From NCBI GenBank assembly GCA_036676495.1, contig JAKFCT010000019.1, positions 504 through 64,503 of the forward strand: a DNA stretch of 64,000 nucleotides, read 5' to 3'. This document shows positions 61,501-64,000 of the stretch, piece after piece. Below the pieces are notes generated by a model. That model did no database searches. It was not told the DNA's origin and saw nothing but the letters and a program-made list of their open reading frames with translations. Each line of letters begins with the position of its first letter. Position 1 is the first letter of the stretch. The position numbers were made by a program, and so were the translations under genes. Origin of the DNA: Candidatus Sericytochromatia bacterium (GTDB lineage Bacteria > Cyanobacteriota > Sericytochromatia > S15B-MN24 > UBA4093).

Positions 61501-64000
61501 CGGCGGCCATGGGCGTCGAGCAGGGTCAGGTCGCCCCGGAGGGAGGAGCGGGTGAACTCGAGCAGCGTCGCATGGCTGTAGAGCTCGCCTTGAGGGCGCT
61601 CCAGCAGGTGCAGGGAGTCGATTCCCACGGGAAGGTAGGCGCCGGCGTCGTCGGGAATCAGGGAGGCCAGGACCTGAAGGCAGGCGTCGAGCAGGGCGGG
61701 GTGGAGGCGGTAGCGATCGCGTTCGGAGGCGATCGCCCCCGGCGCGACCACGCGTCCCAGGGCTTCGCCGCGTCCCACGTGCAGCGCTTCGACTCCCCGG
61801 AAGGCGGGGCCGTACTCCAGGCCGCGCGCGGCCAGCTTAGAGGTGAGATCCGCACCCGCGAGGCGCTCGGGACAGCGGGCCAACAGGGCCTCCAGGTCCG
61901 CGTTCGCGGCGGGGGCCGGGGAGTCCTGGATCGTGGCGCTGGCGTGAAGCGTCCAGGCGGAGTCGCGGAGGCTGGAGACGTGGAAGCGCGCCTCGCCCCC
62001 CGGCATGCGCTCGAGGACGGTCTGGACGCGGAGCGTGCCCTCGGCGGGAAGGAAGAGCGCTTTCTTGAACTCCAGGGCCGCGAGGGTGACGGGGCCGGCT
62101 CCGAAGGCCTCCTGATAGGCCGCGAGGGCCATCTCCACGTAGGCCGTGCCCGGAAGGACGGGCATGCCCATGACGGCATGGTCGGCCAGGTAGGGCAGGC
62201 GCTCGATCGCGATCTCGGTTTCCCAGAAGGACGTTCCCGGCTGCAGCGACGAGCTCAGACGCGGGCCGAGGAACGGATGGCCTTGCGGGGGCTGGGGTTT
62301 CGGGCTTTTCGGAACGATCCGGTAGCGTTCGTGCTGCCAGGGAAGGGTCGGCAGGGGAGTCAGCTGCCCCTTGGGGGCGATCGCCTTCCAATCGACCGGG
62401 AAGCCTTCGGTGTAAAGGGCGCCGAGGCTCTCCAGCATGGCCGAACGCTCCTGCTCACGGCGCAGGGACGGCAGCGCCTTGCCGTCGAGGCCTTGATGAC
62501 GCAGGCAATCGGCCACGGCCTGGGTCAGGACGGGGTGGGGGCTCACTTCCAGGAAGCGGGTATGCCCTTCTTCGGCGAGCAATCGGACGGCCGTCTCGAA
62601 GAGCACGGGCTCGCGGAGGTTGCGCATCCAGTACGCGGCATCGAGCTCGGTGCCGTCGAGCCTGCGGCCTTCGACGGTGGACATGAAGGGGACGGTCGCG
62701 CGCTGGGGCGCGATCGGAGCCAGGGCTTCGAGCAGGTCGGGGCGCAGGGCGTCCATCTGAGGGCTATGCGAGGCCACGTCCACCTTGACCGGGCGGCAGA
62801 AGATCTGGCGCGATTCCAGGCGCTCCATGAGGGCCTGGAGGGCCTCGGGGTCCCCGGAGATCACGGTGGAGCGAGGGGCGTTGCTCACGGCCACGGAGAG
62901 CCGGTCCTCGAGGCCTGCGAGGGCCGATTGGGCCTCCGTGAGGGAGAGCTCGGTCACGGCCATGGCGCCCTGGCCGCTGAGGCGGCGCATCAGGCGGCTA
63001 CGCAGGCAGATGATCCGGGCGGCGTCGTCGAGGCTGAGGATGCCGGCGACGTGGGCGGCGGCGACCTCTCCCATGCTGTGCCCGGTGACGACGGCAGGCA
63101 CGATCCCCCAGGAGCGCCAGAGGGCGGCGAGCGCGACCTGGATGGCGAAGAGCGCGGGCTGGACATGGTCGATCTCGGCATGCCAGCCGGTCTCGGAGGG
63201 AGATTCGAGGCGTTCGAGCAGAGAGCCCTGCGAGTAGGGGCGCATGGCGGCGTCACAGCGGGCGATCGCCTCGCGGAAGACCGGCTCGCTGGCGAGCAGC
63301 TCGCGGCCCATGCCGATCCATTGCGAGCCTTGCCCCGGGAAGACGAGGACCAGTTTCTGAGCCTTTCGCGGGAGCTTGCGGCCGTACACCACCCCAGGAT
63401 GCGCTTCTCCCGAGAGGAAGGCCCTGAGACCGTCCTTCAGCTCCGCGTCCGTGGAGGCGACGACGGCGAGGCGGTGGTCCAGGTGGCTGCGCCGGAGGCT
63501 CGCGGTGCGGGCCCGATCGGAGAGGGGGGTGTCGAGGGAGAGGTGGCGGCGTGCCAGCTCTTGGAGGCTTTCCGGGCCGTGCGCGGAGAGCGGAACGAGC
63601 ATGGCTCCGGTCGTCGGGGGCTCGGCGGGCGGGTTCTGGGGGGCTTCCGCGAGCACGACGTGCGCGTTGGTGCCGCCGAAGCCGAAGGAGCTGACTCCGG
63701 CGATCGCCGGGCCTTCCGGCCAGCTCTCCAGCGACGTGGGCACCCGCAAGGGAAGCTCGGCGAAGGGGATGTAGGGGTTGGGCTGCGAGAAGTGGAGGTT
63801 GGGCGGGATCTGGCGGTGCTTCAGGGCGAGGGCGGCCTTGATGAGGCCGGCGACCCCCGCGGCGGCTTCCGTGTGCCCGATGTTGGTCTTGACCGATCCC
63901 AGGAGGCAGGTCCGGCCCTCCGGGCGATCCTGACCGAGGACCGCTCCCAGGGCCTTGGCTTCGATGGGATCTCCGAGCAAGGTCCCGGTGCCATGGGCTT
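58509..64000 (-). CDS. type I polyketide synthase, KS-AT-DH-KR-ACP-thioester reductase (5' partial, continues beyond window)
   Basis: Frame open to base 64000 (AHGTGTLLGDPIE). KS C-terminal part about 63642-64000 (NIGHTEAAAG). AT about 62481-63359 (GHSMGE). DH about 61446-62282 (HAVMGMPVLPG). KR about 60246-61340 (TGGLGGLG, GQANYAAAN). ACP about 59751-59993 (LGIDSLMATEL). Reductase about 58581-59648 (LTGATGFLG, YAQSKW). No ER or TE. Confidence 0.93.
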   Translation of the reverse strand, partial: AHGTGTLLGDPIEAKALGAVLGQDRPEGRTCLLGSVKTNIGHTEAAAGVAGLIKAALALKHRQIPPNLHFSQPNPYIPFAELPLRVPTSLESWPEGPAIAGVSSFGFGGTNAHVVLAEAPQNPPAEPPTTGAMLVPLSAHGPESLQELARRHLSLDTPLSDRARTASLRRSHLDHRLAVVASTDAELKDGLRAFLSGEAHPGVVYGRKLPRKAQKLVLVFPGQGSQWIGMGRELLASEPVFREAIARCDAAMRPYSQGSLLERLESPSETGWHAEIDHVQPALFAIQVALAALWRSWGIVPAVVTGHSMGEVAAAHVAGILSLDDAARIICLRSRLMRRLSGQGAMAVTELSLTEAQSALAGLEDRLSVAVSNAPRSTVISGDPEALQALMERLESRQIFCRPVKVDVASHSPQMDALRPDLLEALAPIAPQRATVPFMSTVEGRRLDGTELDAAYWMRNLREPVLFETAVRLLAEEGHTRFLEVSPHPVLTQAVADCLRHQGLDGKALPSLRREQERSAMLESLGALYTEGFPVDWKAIAPKGQLTPLPTLPWQHERYRIVPKSPKPQPPQGHPFLGPRLSSSLQPGTSFWETEIAIERLPYLADHAVMGMPVLPGTAYVEMALAAYQEAFGAGPVTLAALEFKKALFLPAEGTLRVQTVLERMPGGEARFHVSSLRDSAWTLHASATIQDSPAPAANADLEALLARCPERLAGADLTSKLAARGLEYGPAFRGVEALHVGRGEALGRVVAPGAIASERDRYRLHPALLDACLQVLASLIPDDAGAYLPVGIDSLHLLERPQGELYSHATLLEFTRSSLRGDLTLLDAHGRRIAELKGLSFKPLTHAPDDGYYRLDWIPVESPEATAAKTETVKTDTAVAGTEPRSWLLLSDDTGVAPALASLLEARSARVQLASSVEAARQALSATSFEAVVHLGGLTLPESSLDDPTDASGVESAMHLAQALTRLSAPPRLWLVTAGVHPAGGLTPISPAQAPIWGLGRSLANEHPELKTTLIDLDASTPTDQAQALLTELLAVHPDDQVCLRTTGRYVARLSRFTPEPVDMALSAEGTYLITGGLGGLGLEVARWLAENGAGTLALLGRRAPSAEAERTLAELRAAGVRVEVFHADVADAGAMAKVFERLGALPPLKGIVHAAGILADGMLAQLDSERLEAVMRPKVAGAWNLHRLSLDADLDFFALFSSAAALFGSPGQANYAAANASLDALAHVRHAQGRTGCSINWGPFASVGLAAKQENRGDRLALQGVTSLDPQRGMAAFSRLLASKAVHAAVMPIDWRAFAGSARRLPLLRRLAEGLLPSIQEVAPGLDRATLTALPRAEARTLLITYLSGSLSRILRIPASKLDPQRSLHELGIDSLMATELRNAVEADLEVSLSVVKFLEGHGVEALAGEILASLAGEAGATSEIDWESEIALDDDIRADGPPPGKPHDLFLTGATGFLGPYLLRDLLRATSATVHCLVRAEGAEHGASRIRAAMEAYELWEEGFASRIVPVIGDLARPRLGLSEAAFEELALRVDAIYHSGAQPNHLYPYAALRAVHVLGTREILRLAAFGPVKPVHSLSTLNLFATDTYATAGRVTESDPPGHASELFGGYAQSKWASDRLVAAAQARGIPTTLYRPGFISGASQTGHSNLEDMVSRLLKGCIALAAAPDVELEIDWIPVDVVSQAIVSLSRRPEAAGKVYHLAHPEPMPWRRIVMELQKQGYSIRLLPYAEWKHALLAQAGKDPEHPLYPLVHQFTSEEAGPTPLLEMFFQERMPHFDCQETFRSLAGEVACPPLPALLGTAFGYFVRAGFLAVPAAGGHGERR

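Overview
64-kb, high-GC (about two-thirds G+C by eye), densely coding bacterial chromosomal segment. I can support 47 protein-coding genes, two of them cut by the window edges. I found no rRNA, tRNA, CRISPR array, transposase or integrase. Almost every accepted start has an AGGAG-type Shine-Dalgarno, and many neighbouring genes are translationally coupled. Housekeeping anchors are ftsH, an HtrA-type protease, ligA, class I fumarate hydratase, glutaredoxin, dihydropyrimidinase, a CsaA-type tRNA-binding protein and PepF. The rest is biased toward envelope and signalling functions: many lipoproteins (PD40/TolB-like and NHL beta-propellers), two MCPs, a PDZ-GAF histidine kinase with a REC-AraC partner, a PP2C-GAF phosphatase and a 1512-aa STK-STAND-TPR-GAF kinase. 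Most interesting observations: (1) a monocistronic protein whose C-terminus matches the PARP/H-Y-[E/D] ADP-ribosyltransferase core motif by motif, with no immunity gene; (2) a translationally coupled operon of type I PKS (KS-AT-DH-KR-ACP-reductase), Sfp-type PPTase, a sensor-less MCP and the giant Ser/Thr kinase; (3) a 127-aa stand-alone protein made of four copies of the MshEN c-di-GMP-binding motif; (4) a signal-less, Pro-rich protein with a C39/papain-like Cys-His-Asp arrangement upstream of two NHL lipoprotein genes; (5) a tightly coupled four-gene envelope operon (LPP20-domain protein, large OM beta-barrel, exported SRPBCC protein, LPP20/FlgT-like periplasmic protein); (6) an MCP with a CXXCH motif in its periplasmic domain; (7) three tandem KGG-repeat stress-protein genes; (8) at least 40 copies of the palindrome GCGATCGC (HIP1), a cyanobacteria-like genome signature. 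All calls come from reading motifs by eye and no searches were run. Start codons and family assignments of hypothetical proteins are the least certain parts.
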